Source of the DNA: Vicugna vicugna
Taxonomy: Eukaryota
Assembly (NCBI GenBank): GCA_013265495.1
Contig: MU058452.1
Coordinates: 124,001 to 188,000 of the forward strand
DNA: 64,000 nt
Direction: 5' to 3'
The notes beneath the pieces are model-generated. The model was not told the DNA's origin, searched no databases, and saw nothing but the letters and a program-made list of their open reading frames with translations. Positions 1-11,850 of the stretch are shown here, piece after piece. A program made the translations under genes and the position numbers. The first letter of the stretch is position 1. The number at the start of each line of letters is the position of its first letter.

Positions 1-314
1 AGAAGGAAAACCACTGAGACTGCCGAGTGGTTCAGTTCCTCTTTTCTCTCTTCAGCTGTCTGTGAGGATTAAGACGAAAATATTCTCCAGAGCAGGAGTG
101 CCAACTACCTTTCCCATAAACGTGGGATTTCCTGGAGCAGCCACGGGGGCTGAAGAAGGCCCTGGGAGGGACTCCATCAGAATTTCTTTCCTCTTCTATA
201 AACTCGGGTTAAACTTACTGTATGCTTTAAAGAAAAGGCTCTAGCTAAAAACAAATTTTGAAAATGATCGACCCAGGGACTTCTTGCTGCTACATCCTGA
301 AATATCCATACAAT

Positions 315-784
315 TGTACGCTGAAAAACGCACAACCTGAAAGTTGAGTGTTATATTTTATTCTGCAGACTTTCTGAAGATTCAAATCAGACCCTCTAAG
401 AGACTGCTCCAAAGTGGCAGAGGAGGAGCCAGGATATATAGGATTTTTGCCACAGAGGCCAGGTAGTTGGAACATCAAAAGATGATTGTTAATTAGAGAA
501 ACCCAGATATCTCAAGTCAAGGAATTTACCACTTTCTATATATGGGAAGGTGCAAAGGTCTGGGCTCATTGAAATCACTCCTTTGATATGCACTTGGCTA
601 CCTAGGGCCAGTGTCCTGTTCTTTCCCATCCTGAGTTTCCTCGGGGGGCACCACTGGAGGATGCCTGCTTGTCTCCATCCTGAGTTCCCTCTGCTCACTG
701 TCACGGGTGGTGGTAGCGGCTGATGACTTGATGGACACAGCATCCTTTGTTTACTGGTGTGGCTGGCAATATTTTTTATTCACA
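315..784 (-). mobile_element. ERV1-type solo LTR resembling artiodactyl MER41-like LTRs
   Basis: TG...CA ends. On the minus strand, AATAAA (357-362) lies downstream of a TATATA box (~435-440). The core 'atctcaagtcaaggaatttaccactttctatatatgggaaggtgcaaaggtctgggctcattgaaatc' resembles MER41-like LTRs as I recall them. Confidence 0.65.
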
Positions 785-1164
785 CCACTGAAGGGTTTTA
801 TTTTGTCTTTGTTCTTTGTGCTTTTCTCTCAGCTTCTTGGATCTTTTTCAGTTCATTGTGTGTATTTGGCCACAAGATGAAAGTGTCTTTATCTCTTCAA
901 TGGTTCCATATGTCTGGTGATAGAAAATTCTGATTTTAGACCGGAAGGACCATATGGCCTTCCTGAAATTTCTGTGTCTGGTGGTCAACAGGGAAGGGTG
1001 TGAAGGGTGGAGAATGGTGGCTGAAGTAGGCATGAGATGACCCAACCTCTAATCAGAGGTGGGGGTGGAGGGGCACTTAATGTTGACCTGACCTTCAAGT
1101 TCAGATTACTTGGGGAGAAGAGGCATGTGGTTAATTAAAAACTAGAGTGCAAAAATGTGTGGCT

Positions 1165-1310
1165 CAAAATGATGAATTTTGTCTTTGATGGGAGTACCCA
1201 TGGGACATCCAGGTCCACTGGAAACTTAGGGTAGCAGCCCAGGAGAGAGAGGTCTGAGACCATCAGCATTTACATGTCAGTGCTCTAGGAGTGGATGGGC
1301 TCATCTGGTC
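1165..1310 (-). mobile_element. L2 fragment, degenerate
   Basis: 'gggacatccagg...gagagaggtctgagaccatcagcatttacatg...ggagtggatg' resembles antisense L2. Confidence 0.45.
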
Positions 1311-1627
1311 ATTGTTTATTTTTGCTTGCTTGCTATATCCACCTTCTCCCCACCTGCATCCATATATGTGTTATACGGACAGTAGATGGGAGGGGTAAAG
1401 GCTGATAAAAAGAACTATGAACATTTTTGGAGGCAAACAATTATAATATTTTCTTTGGATAAATTGTCTATTCCTGTATTCAACCTCATTGCCTTTCAAC
1501 CAATGGACTTTCTATTGGATTCTTTATAGATGCCACTTGTCTTTATTATGGTGTCAAAAACTCAGAAAACTCTGAAAAAAAGAATTTCACAAAGTGACAC
1601 CTAGACTGACATCTCTCTGGGCAACTG

Positions 1628-1765
1628 TAGTCATTCCTTCTTTCCACAAGCATGTGCTAGACATCTGGCTGTCGTGTGTCAGGCACCGGTCTTGACCCTG
1701 GATACTGCAATGAACCAGACAGTCCTCGCTCTTGTAAAGTTTATACGCTGTTGAGGAGGCTTCAG
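1628..1765 (-). mobile_element. L2 3' end
   Basis: 'cattccttctttccacaagcatgtgct...tgtgtcaggcacc...gatactgcaatgaaccagacagtcctcgctcttgtaaagttta' is a typical antisense L2 terminus. Confidence 0.6.
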
Positions 1766-2351
1766 TCAACATACTACACGTGTCTTGGGATTCTTTGTGA
1801 TATAACTAATGCATTTTCCACTGCCATTCACAACTCGATTTAATACTAAGAGGAGGGTGATGTGTGATGGAGAGAATTTTATTGTGTGTAATCACTCTTC
1901 TCCCTCTGATGTTGATAGAATATTTCCATTCTTTCTACTTTGGTCAAGATGAATCTTAACTACGTAACATAGAATTCATGGAGGGACCTGTGAACAATTC
2001 GTGCGACAGCTTCAGGAGGAGATGTTCACTCTTTCTTTTGGTCTCCAAAAGTAACAGTGTTGATGACTTAATGGGCCAGGCTTAGAAATAGACAGATTCA
2101 TGCTGCTTTTTCCACCTTACATCTAACCCTGGGCAAATACACGTTTATCCTTCTAATCATCATGTTAACCATCTGTGGAAAGGTGTACATTTCAGATTCT
2201 AAAATTCTGATAAATCAACTAGAACATAATTAAAATTAACCAAATCTCTTTTTTCTCCTCCAGGGGCCTCAGCATTTTGCATAATAAGACCATGGCTGGG
2301 AAAGTGCATTTTGAGTAGCTGTCAGTGTAGACTGAATCCATTGAAATTTTA

Positions 2352-2512
2352 AGGTAGTGTAGGCAAACCTGGGTCTAACTTACCCCACATCTACTACTGT
2401 ATGCCTTTGGGGGTTGATTAATTTCTCTGGGTTTTAAGACCCTCTCTATAGCATGCTTATAACAGGATCAATGTCAGATGGTCGTTGCAAAGGTTAAATA
2501 GAATTGCATAGA
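2352..2512 (+). mobile_element. MIR SINE, degenerate
   Basis: 'cctgggtctaacttacccc...atttctctggg...gttgcaaaggttaaatag'. Confidence 0.4.
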
Positions 2513-2949
2513 TATAGATATAGATTTGGATATAGACTTATGCACACAAGAGATATTTGAGGTGCCTTCCCATGTTCCAACTCACAGCCATCTCAGAGAA
2601 GTACCACGAAACCTCACGGATGAGGCTGGAGTGGCCATATTTGTGGGGTAAGGTCCTGTCTCCCTGCCCTTTGATAACCAGAGAAGAATGGACCCCTGCC
2701 CTAACCTGGATCGATTAGACCCTCTCTTCCCGTATTTGGCACTTGCAACTGGGAGACAGAGACTGAGAGCTGCTGAACTGAGTTCCACCACTGTCAGAGC
2801 TTGGAAGGTCAATGAATTCCTGCTGCCTGAACCTCTGGGTCGCCCTGGTCTTCCTGAATATCACATCCCCCTTGAATTCTGTGACATGTCTCAGGATTCT
2901 TCCAAGAGCTTTCCCTTTAGTTGTAGTTGGATTCTGTTTACTCATATAT

Positions 2950-3830
2950 AAAATATCTAAAATTGAGTCTTTCAAATCTGATCCTTCCAGTGTTTCCTGT
3001 CTCAAAATTTGTACCTGTACCCAGTAGTCGCTCAGTCAAACATCTTGGCATCTTTCTAGAAACTGTCTCCTTCTTCAGCAACATATCTAGTCTGTCTTGA
3101 AGTCCCTTTTGAAACCTCCCTTTTTTCCCCCCAAATACATTTTCTCCAAATCCTTCATTTAGGGTGTGTTCTCTCTTGCCTGGACCCATTTCTCTCACAA
3201 TAGCTGTCTCAACTTCTAACCCAGCTGCCCTTTAATTCATTCTCCTTACAAAACCCAGAGGAAGAGGAATTCTTCTGAAAGTGGATTGTGTAACTTCTCT
3301 GCTGAAATCCTTTCAATGGTCTCCCATTGCCCTTGGAATAAAATGCCCCCTCTCTATCGCCACTTCCAGAATCCCACTGCTCTTAGCCCTGTCCACCATT
3401 CCGGTTCCACCTCCCACTTCCCTTGCCCGTGTCCTCTGCCCCTCAGTGCAGTTCTCACCTTGGTTTCTCAAAGGTTACTGATCCCTCCTGCCCAGGGGTC
3501 TTTTCATGTGTGATTTCCTTTTTTGGTGCTTTTCCTTCAGATGAATATTATTCAAGATTCATCTCTTCATCTTGGTCACTTTTTATAGGACCTTCTCTGT
3601 CTCCCAGATTCAGAGCTGATCCTCTGATAATACATTTCCTTCATAACTCTGATGATAAAGCCATCTATAGTCATAGATGTGTTTGCATGGCTATTCATGT
3701 AATCTTCTTCTCTCTGTGAGACTTGATGCTCTTTGAAGAGGAGACTCTCTGGTCCATGAAGATGAGACCATAAGCTCCATGAAGACAGAGCACATAGGCT
3801 TCACTTTCCCCTATCCCTAGTGCCACTGGG
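2950..3830 (+). mobile_element. L2 fragments
   Basis: L2 motifs 'aacttctctgctgaaatcctttcaatggtctcccattgcccttggaataaaa' and 'taagctccatgaagacagag'. Confidence 0.6.
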
Positions 3831-4835
3831 TGATGGATACAGGATACCTGGGCTGTTGCCATGGCATCACAAACGTGAACAAAGAGATGACATCTGCTGC
3901 CTACACCAAGGCAAAACCAGGTGAGTTGGCGTCACTCAGCCGAGCAATTGACCTGGAATCAAAGAATCATGGCCATAAAGTACCTTGGCACTTTCAGGTG
4001 AAAATGCTGGGCGAATATTTTCTTCCACTTCCCCCTCTAAGTGCAAAGTCGTCCTAGGCAGGCAGTGCAAAAGCACAGAAACAAACCAAGGTCGATGGAA
4101 ACGCTATTACATTCAGAGGGGATATTTTCCATTCGTTTTAAAATTAAAGTCTCATGCAAGTAGCAGAAAAATACACCACAGATTCTTTAGCTTGATTGTT
4201 TCAACTTTTAATAGTGAAGTCAATGTGTGCCTCCAACTGACTGCTGGGGATTGTTCTGTGATTGCAGGTTGTTTTATGTACGTGAAGCAACAAAACAATA
4301 TAAGGTGACAAACAAAAGATGGAAAAATATATAAAAGGGAAAAAAAAAAGTTGGCTGTGTGCTACCTCGGGCTTTAAAACCCTTCTTATACACTTCACCA
4401 CAAAGTCTATTAAAGCAAAATATAGTGGAAATACAATATATGGCAATGAATGTCTTCAAACTAGCAATTTAGCGCAAAAGCTGAGAGCAGTTCCTATGCA
4501 CTGACTTTTAATACCAAGACGATTTGTGGTCTCACAAAGTTCCTGCCCGAGGCGCAAGTTGTGCTGAGTTCTAATAGGTCTAGTTTGTTGGCTGTCAGAA
4601 TAACGGAGAATTTGGTAGTGGAGGGGCTGGATGCCGTAAGCAGCAGAGATAATTAGAAGGTTTGCTGGGAGAAAAAAGGGAAGCTGGTTTATATTCGGTC
4701 GCAGGGGAGAGTGTCTGTTAAGGAAACTCCTGGTTAACACAGACTCTGAGAATGTTTATTTGGGGAAATATTGTGGGTCACTGGACAAGCAAGTGTAATG
4801 CTACTGCTTTTGGACTGTAATGCTACTGCTATTAT

Positions 4836-5025
4836 TAATAATAGTAAAAGGCATTTGTTGAGTATTTACTATGTTCTCGGCCCCCTTCACCCAGTGCTTC
4901 TGAGTCCCCACGCTACAGAGATGGAAATCGAGGCTCAAAGAGGTAAGGGCTTTATCCAGTGTCAGGTGACAGCAAGCAGGAGAGGGGCTTAGAAACCACG
5001 TTCTCCACACCATATCGTGCTGTCT
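4836..5025 (-). mobile_element. MIR SINE
   Basis: 'catttgttgagtatttactatg...acagagatggaaatcgaggctcaaagaggtaagggcttt' is the antisense MIR core. Confidence 0.7.
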
Positions 5026-5756
5026 TCCTGGGGGGCACGGTTGATATTGACAATCAGGATGTTATAAAATAAGGATCTTATTCATGAGTGTCTAGTTTGA
5101 ATTTGCAACAACCGTAGAAGCAGTTGGCTTCCAAGACAGGAGTCCGGATCCAGAGTGAGTCCGGATCCTCTCATGACTAATTATTAATGACAGTTCAAGG
5201 ATGAAGTTTTCTGGTGATTTACTTTGATTTTCTGTAAACTAGCATGGAATCTGGACTGTTCTTCACAATAAAGCTCTTTTTACTCCCTGGGGCAGAGTTA
5301 GTTTTCTTGCCTGGAAGGACCAGGTGGCCGTGCCACTGCAGCCTTCAGGTGTGACCCCCTCATCCCGCCTCCACTTGGTCACTTTGCCAGGTAAGCCATG
5401 GCCAAGAAGAGTAAGAAAGTCCAGTTCTTGTGAGATGTGGGAACATAGGTGACAGATCTGCAGTCACTACTGCCATTTCGACTTTGACTTCATCTGCAGA
5501 TTTAAGCACACAAAACAAGTTAAGTCACCTGCCCGATAAGGGATATGTTCAGAATCAGTGGCAGTTGTTGCTTTGGGGAGCTCTGTTACACTCTTGGACT
5601 GATACTGTTTTTCTTGAATAATGAATACTAATTAGCATTTTTCAGCACATTGTGGGATGTCTGCATTCTCCCCCATGAAAGCTATAACAGAACTGGGGGA
5701 TTGACAGGGAATGAAAAACTGGTCTTATCCTATGCAGAGGCCAAGGAGTCTGCGAA

Positions 5757-5917
5757 TACTCAGGCTGGAGAGGGGGAAGTTGAGAGATGGCACTATTATA
5801 AGTGTAGACAATACTGAAGTCTGTGGTTGAGGGCTTGTTTACCGAACAGCAGTTCATCCAAACAAGATGGCTTCCTCAAGAGGTCTTCCTACATGGCTCA
5901 CTTCCCAGCAAAATCAG
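5757..5917 (+). repeat. Copy A of a ~161-bp dispersed direct duplication
   Basis: Aligns to 6822-6983 with 11 substitutions and 1 indel by manual alignment. Confidence 0.95.
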
Positions 5918-5997
5918 CCTCCCCCCACCTTACTTTGCATTCACACTTATAAGATTTATTTCTCTGCTGCATTGGCCTTTTATTCAGTTCTTTGGGA

Positions 5998-6205
5998 GAA
6001 GAGGCAGGTGTAGTGTAAAAAGCACCAGCTGGGGGTTGAGATGTGGGTTCAAATCTCACCTTTGCCAGTATTTGAATCGTAACTCTGAGGCTCAGTTTGC
6101 TCATCTGTAAAATGGGGAGGTTAAGCCTTACTAAAGAATTGCATGAAAACTTCATAGGTCTCTACGAAAGTCAAATGGGAGAGGGTGTACACAAGCACTT
6201 CCTAG
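5998..6205 (+). mobile_element. MIR SINE
   Basis: 'gggttcaaatctcacc...ctctgaggctcagtttgctcatctgtaaaatgggga' is the MIR core. Confidence 0.8.
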
Positions 6206-6399
6206 TTCATGAAGGTCTTTTATGGGATACTGTTATGCCCCTCATCACACAATTTAGATCCATTTTTTTACATTTGAGCTATTGCTGAAGCAAACAGCTC
6301 GACAGCTTCACAAGCTTTTTGCTATGGCCGGACAGCCCTCCCCTTAGCACCTCTGGGCATCTCTAGACCTATTCTAAGTGCTTCTAAGAGAGCCCTAGA

Positions 6400-6534
6400 C
6401 AGACTGAGTTCCAGTGACACAGCAGTGGCCAACCCAAGCATGCTCCCATGCCTCCTCTTCTCATCTAGCTCTTGTTTGTGGGGTCCATAAGCCTCATCTC
6501 AGACTCTGCTTTCTTGGGGACCCCAAGGTAAGAC
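6400..6534 (+). mobile_element. 3' end of an old ERVL-type LTR (LTR16/LTR33-like)
   Basis: Ends in 'ctcagactctgctttcttggggaccccaaggtaagaca', a typical ERVL LTR terminus. Confidence 0.4.
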
Positions 6535-6821
6535 AGGACGGTACCACAGTATGTAGCCATGCCTCGCCAGGCCTCTCTGTTTCAGGCTCTGAGATGATCA
6601 CAGTGATATTCTAATCAAGACTCATCATCAAACTATGTGGCTTATCTGTGGGCAATAAAATTCAAGAGAGACTCAGAATCTGAATGGCTCTGGTGAGCTA
6701 GATGTTTCTCTCCAGCAGCAAGAAAAATATGAGCTGAGCATTCCTACCAGTCTGAGATCTACAATCTTGCTGATGGAGAAGCTAATGGTACAGAAGCCCC
6801 TAGCTCCAATACACTCCCATG

Positions 6822-6983
6822 TACTCAGGCTGGAGAGGGGGCACTTGAGAGGTGGCACTATTATCAGCGTAGACAATACTGAAGGGTGTGGTTAAGGGCT
6901 TGTTTACCAAACACCAGTTCATCCAAACAAGATGGCTTCCTCAGGAGGTCCTTCCTACATGGCTCACTTCCCAGCAAAATCAG
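6822..6983 (+). repeat. Copy B of the ~161-bp dispersed direct duplication
   Basis: Aligns to 5757-5917. Confidence 0.95.
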
Positions 6984-6989
6984 AAAATG

Positions 6990-7955
6990 TTTCCAATCCC
7001 TCTGCCGCTATATTGGCCAAGCCTCGGCAGACATAGCCTCCTAACATGCTTCCAGCATTTAGCTTCCACCTTCCAACTACCATTACATACCAGCAGCCAG
7101 AGCGATCTTTTACAATTCCAAGCAAATCACATCAGTCCTTTATGTAAGGTTCTTCAAGGTGTCCATTGCTTTCAGAATGCAATGCAACCTCCTCGTCACC
7201 CACATGAATGCCTCTTGAGTCAGGTGACTGCCTACCTCTTCAACATGGCGCCTTTTATAGTCACTCCCCTCCCGCAGCCACCCACATCTCCTCTCACCTC
7301 CTGGGCCTCTTGGCTGCATTGGATCCTCTTCTCCCATAATTTCCTCTGACAGGAAAGCTCTTTCTCCATTGATTTCTGTGACTAGTTCATTCTCTTTCTG
7401 GCCTTTGGTTAAATGCCATACCTGCAAAGAAATATTCCCTGATGATTTCCTTTATGCAGGATTCCCCCTCTCCTCCCATCTGTCATCAGCTAACATTGTC
7501 TATTGCAGGGTCAGCAGACTTTTTCACTCAAGGGCCAGATAGTGGACATTTCAAGTTTTGGGGGGCACACGGTCTTCACTGCAGCTGCTCAAGCCTGCAG
7601 TTTTATGGTTAAAGCAGCTGTAGACAGAACATAAATGACTGGGAGTGACTGTGTTCCAATAAAACTTTATTTAGATAAACAGGCAGCAAGTGGGCTAGAC
7701 TTGGCCCAGGGGGCCAGAGTTGGCTAATTCTCGTGCTGTGACTTAACCAGTTTAGAGCCCTTGATGGCATCTCTTTGTGATCTAAAAATAGCCCTGTGCT
7801 CATTTACATGTTGGTTGTCTGTGCTCTCCTGTTGACCGTATATCTGATGAGGCAGGAATGATGCTCTTTTTGTTTACACTGGTATCTCAGTGCCTAGAAG
7901 AGTTGCTGATACACTGTAGACAAGACACATTTGAAGAATAAACAAGCAATAACGT
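6990..7955 (+). mobile_element. L2 interrupted by MER58A
   Basis: 'cagcagccagagcgatcttttacaattccaagcaaatcacatcagtcc' before the MER58A. The L2 3' end 'gtatctcagtgcctagaagagttgctgatacactgtagac...gaataaacaa' follows it. Confidence 0.6.
7506..7733 (-). mobile_element. MER58A hAT-Charlie non-autonomous DNA transposon
   Basis: Starts with 'cagggtcagcagacttttt...aagggccagatagt' and contains the diagnostic 'gtgttccaataaaactttatttagataaacaggc'. Confidence 0.85.
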
Positions 7956-8039
7956 ACGTCTTTCCTGTTATTTCTCAATTCAGCATCTTGCATATGTATT
8001 ATTTGCTTCATAGCCCTGATCTCAAATATTGGTTGCTTA

Positions 8040-8175
8040 ATCTGTCAACTTTTGCAAGTTCCATGGGCACAGAAATGATGTCTACCATATTTAACTGATT
8101 TACCCCTCAGTACCTGGTGTAGTCCTTGGCATATAGACCTTCAGATAATGGGGATGAATAAACAAATGAATTAAT
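8040..8175 (+). mobile_element. L2 3' end
   Basis: 'gcaagttccatgggcacaga...cctcagtacctggtgtagtccttggcatatag...gaataaacaaatgaat'. Confidence 0.6.
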
Positions 8176-9299
8176 TTAGATTATTTCCATGGGTAAAAGG
8201 AAGCATTGACTTCCTATTATAATAACTATTTGTTTAAAGATATATCCATGTGAAAGTGAATGAATGAATGAAATGTACCTACTGGATTTCCATAGCCATG
8301 ATTAAACATTTCAAAAACTTCTCTAAATTAATAAATCTAGAGAATTCCCTGGGGAAATAAGAAAGCTAGTTATTTGTCACTTACGGATTTGGTAATAAGA
8401 CAAATTCTCAGACTTTTCCCAGGCAGCTTTGCAATAAATGCAAATTCTCCTGAAGGGTTGACCCGGAGGCCATGTGATACCCAATTCACCTGAAGGCTCA
8501 GTGGGACCTGTGAGGACATTTGTTGCCTGGTGGTGTATAGTCATCTGCTGCTGAGAAGTGGTTTTGCTGACTTGTGGCCATGTCTCCGTGCCCAAGGAAA
8601 AGACTAAAACTGAATTTAAGGAATGCCAAACTGGAAAAAGACATAATGCATCATAATACAGGAGAAAAAAACTAAACTATGAATGATGTGACGATGTTAT
8701 GTCCCAGTCTGTGTGAGGCAAGCTTTATTTTTGTCTTTTTTTTTTTTCTCCTGGCGTCATTACTAATAGTGTCCCTTTTCCTTTCAAAAGTGCCTGATTT
8801 GGACCATAAATTATCTTGTCGCCAGAAAGATCAGAAATAAGTTACCTTTCTTCCCTAAGGACAAGCTGAACATGCTCTGGACGCCGAGTGAGTCATCGGA
8901 GTCGAACTTGGGGACGACAGGCTGTCTTCTCTGGCTTATTGTGGATAATGTTCCTGCTCCTGGCCATGGATGGAAGCTTTGGCAGGAATTACAGACGCGG
9001 TTCCGGCAAAGCAAATTTAAACATTTGATTTATCCTAAAGTAAACCCATAAATGGAAGCCCAGTCTCTCCAGGTCTGAAATGCTTGATCCTGATTTTTGG
9101 AAGTTGTTGGTGCCACCGACTGGCATATGCCTTCACAGAGGTACTCAAAACGCTCCAAGTGAGGGTGTTATACTGAGGGAAGTCCTTTCTCCCCACTGAT
9201 TCCCATCAAATCTTGAGTTTCTAGCAGCCGTTAGGAGACTGGGGCATGAATTTCCTATTGACCAGTGAATTAGGAATTACTGAAATTGATGCCAAGGGA

Positions 9300-9515
9300 C
9301 AGGCTTAGAACACTGACCCTGGAAGCAGGCTTCTGGGCTTCAAATCCTGGCTTAGATACTCATTATGTAGCCTTCCTGTGCCTCAGTCTCCTCGCCAAAA
9401 TGGGGGTAGTTGCAGTCCCAATTGTTTATGGTTATTACAATGACTTAATGAGCTCACACCTATAAGAAACTTAAAAAAGGACCAGACTCATAGCGCCCAA
9501 GGATTTTAAATTATT
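9300..9515 (+). mobile_element. MIR SINE
   Basis: 'ctgggcttcaaatcctggc...cctgtgcctcagtctcctcgccaaaatggggg'. Confidence 0.7.
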
Positions 9516-10859
9516 TTACTCTATGCTTCTACTTAATGCTCTGGAGAGGATTTTCAATGTTTAAGTAGCAACTTTATTTCCAAAAGATACGAGAACGGCT
9601 TGCCATCACGTGGAATTTTGTATAACCGCTATGTCATCCATCTTATTGGCAGGTTTGCTTTCAAGTTCAAGAAAGGGTCTCAGTTTCCTTAGCATGTGCC
9701 TCCTTGTGTAATGTCCTCAAATATTTTGCAATTTAGGTACCTCTCTGAACCCAGGACATCGTCAAATAAATTAAATTAATTAGAGCAGATAATTATTCGA
9801 GCTAATCATCATCTTGCATAATGCATCAATTCAACACTGCTTCTTTGTTCCAAAAAATCCTGTTTGACTGACGCATAAGAGTAAAGTAATATAAGGTTCA
9901 GTTCTATTTAATAGCATCTGATTATATTCTCTCGATAAGTCAGATAATTAAGTAATTCCTCTGTAATTATTAGTATTAATTTTATATATCCTTTCTGGGT
10001 ATCAGAATTATTCCTTCTTTAAGAGTGGCAGTTATTGTTCATTTAGTCCCATATTCTACATGGACTTCTGCTAAATGATTCTGAATCTGAAAACTATTGT
10101 GTTTGTTTAGGTCCTAAAAACCTGAGCTGATACAACATTTCCATTTCTTAGCTCACTGAATTTGTGATTCAGTTAGGTAGCTTTGCAAAGTTAATTTGGT
10201 CATATCTGAAATCTAGACGTTGTTACACGCTGTCTAATACACAATTATGTTTTCATTGTTCTGGAATAATTTGTTTGTTACTTTGACGTGGGTTATCGGA
10301 AATCTCAGAAACTCTCTCGCCATCCTCTCACTTTACAAACAGGAGGCTGGAAGAGGTTCTGTGGCAGCCCCACGCTCAACACCCAGCCCAGGTTAATGTC
10401 CATCTCCTGCTGCTTCATCCTTTTCATCGTCTCTTCTTTTCACTTACAAAATGCTTCTCTGTTTTCCAGCTCTCATTGTCTTGAGCCTTCACATCTTTCA
10501 TCCTTCAAACCATGCATGGTCAGTCCTCAGCTGTAGAAGGGCAAGGAACAGGCCAGACATGCTGGTGGTATGAATAAAGGAGAGGACTTGAACCGGGGCA
10601 GCTTCTGAGGGTTCCTGGAAGGGGGATGGTGGAGGAGGGTGGGAGGAAGTAGCCTGAAGCTGACACGAGGACCCTTTTCAGAGGGACCACTCTATACTCT
10701 AGAGAGAGGGAGAGAGAGGGTGGATTGATTCTTCCAGAACTGACCTGAGAGCAACAGTCTAGAACAGAGTGAGAGCCATGGGGAGCAGGCCACTGAGCCA
10801 CCTTCCTTATCAAGCGGCATTCTCTTATTGCCATGTTCTGTCTGCCTCCACCGTGAAAG

Positions 10860-11475
10860 GTTTCTCCAAGCTGCCCCTTCTTCTCCAGTCCTGCGGTTAC
10901 ATCCCTATCCTGGACCCCACTGTCTCCATCCTAGGCTAATGTGACCCTTCCACCCTGGGTTCCCTGTCTTGATCTCTCCCTACTCCGGTCCACCCCGTAC
11001 ACCCTCTTCTGCATACATCTGTCCTCATCAAGTACTTCCTTTAAACCTCAGCAGACTCCTTATTGTCTTGCAGGGTGAAGTCCAGATAAGCATCTGCACA
11101 TGCTGGTCCTCCTGTGTCTTTCTGGGTCTGCCTCCAGCTCCTGCAGCCACTCACCCTGCTGGCTGGCCATGCCTGTCCTCTCTGAGCACACCAAGAGATG
11201 CTCTCTTGTTTCCTTCCCCACTTCTCTGCCCAGAGGACACTTGTTCATAGGCTCATCTCAAATGTCATTGCCACACTGACTCATCCTCCTCTTTCAAGCA
11301 GAATGAGGTGCCCCTCTCTTTGGTTTTCTCATTTCTCTGTGCACACAGCTCCGGAATAAAGTGGCAACCCTGAAGTGAGTCATCTATACATGTGTCTGAT
11401 TTAGCATTGAGTGTTCAGTGCATCACACTGGACCTAGGACTTAGTAACTTCTCAATAAATAGTTTTGAATGAATC
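10860..11475 (+). mobile_element. L2 fragments with 3' tail
   Basis: Ends in 'ctcaataaatagttttgaatgaat', with internal 'ctcatctcaaatgtca'. Confidence 0.55.
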
Positions 11476-11499
11476 TTTGTTGATTGGTACACAAATCCA

Positions 11500-11850
11500 G
11501 GAAAGGCAAAGTTGTAGATACAACAAGACACAAAGGCATAAAGATTATTGAGGTCATTCAGCTTGAAGACCAGTGGTCCAGGTTGGTGGAAGACTTCCTC
11601 GTAGAATCATCCAGGAACCCAAGCTCCTTCCATGGGGCATTGCTGGGTTGACACTTGTTGGGTTTCCACCTCTTCTGAGTTCCAGCTGGCAGGATGAGAA
11701 TGAAAGCATGGCGGAGGCGATGACTCAAGGCCCAGGTCAGAAGCGATGACGTCATCTGTGTGCAAAGAAGATGAGGAAATGTAGTTTTTCCACATGCACA
11801 GGAGGTGGAGAAAGACAGGTTCTGGTCGGCAACTAGCAACCTCCACCCAG
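11500..11850 (-). mobile_element. MLT1J/K-type MaLR LTR, degenerate
   Basis: 'aatcatccaggaacccaagctccttccat...gaggaaatgtagttttt...ggcaactagcaacctc'. Confidence 0.55.

Noticed and set aside
4794..5168. Short direct repeats tgtaatgctactgct x2 and gagtccggatcc x2
   Set aside because: Ordinary micro-duplications with no further structure.
5823..7349. Two ORFs with similar N-termini (GLFT..QFIQTRWLPQEV) suggesting paralogous genes
   Set aside because: The similarity comes only from the 161-bp DNA duplication. An indel shifts the frame and the ORFs run into MIR and L2 sequence.
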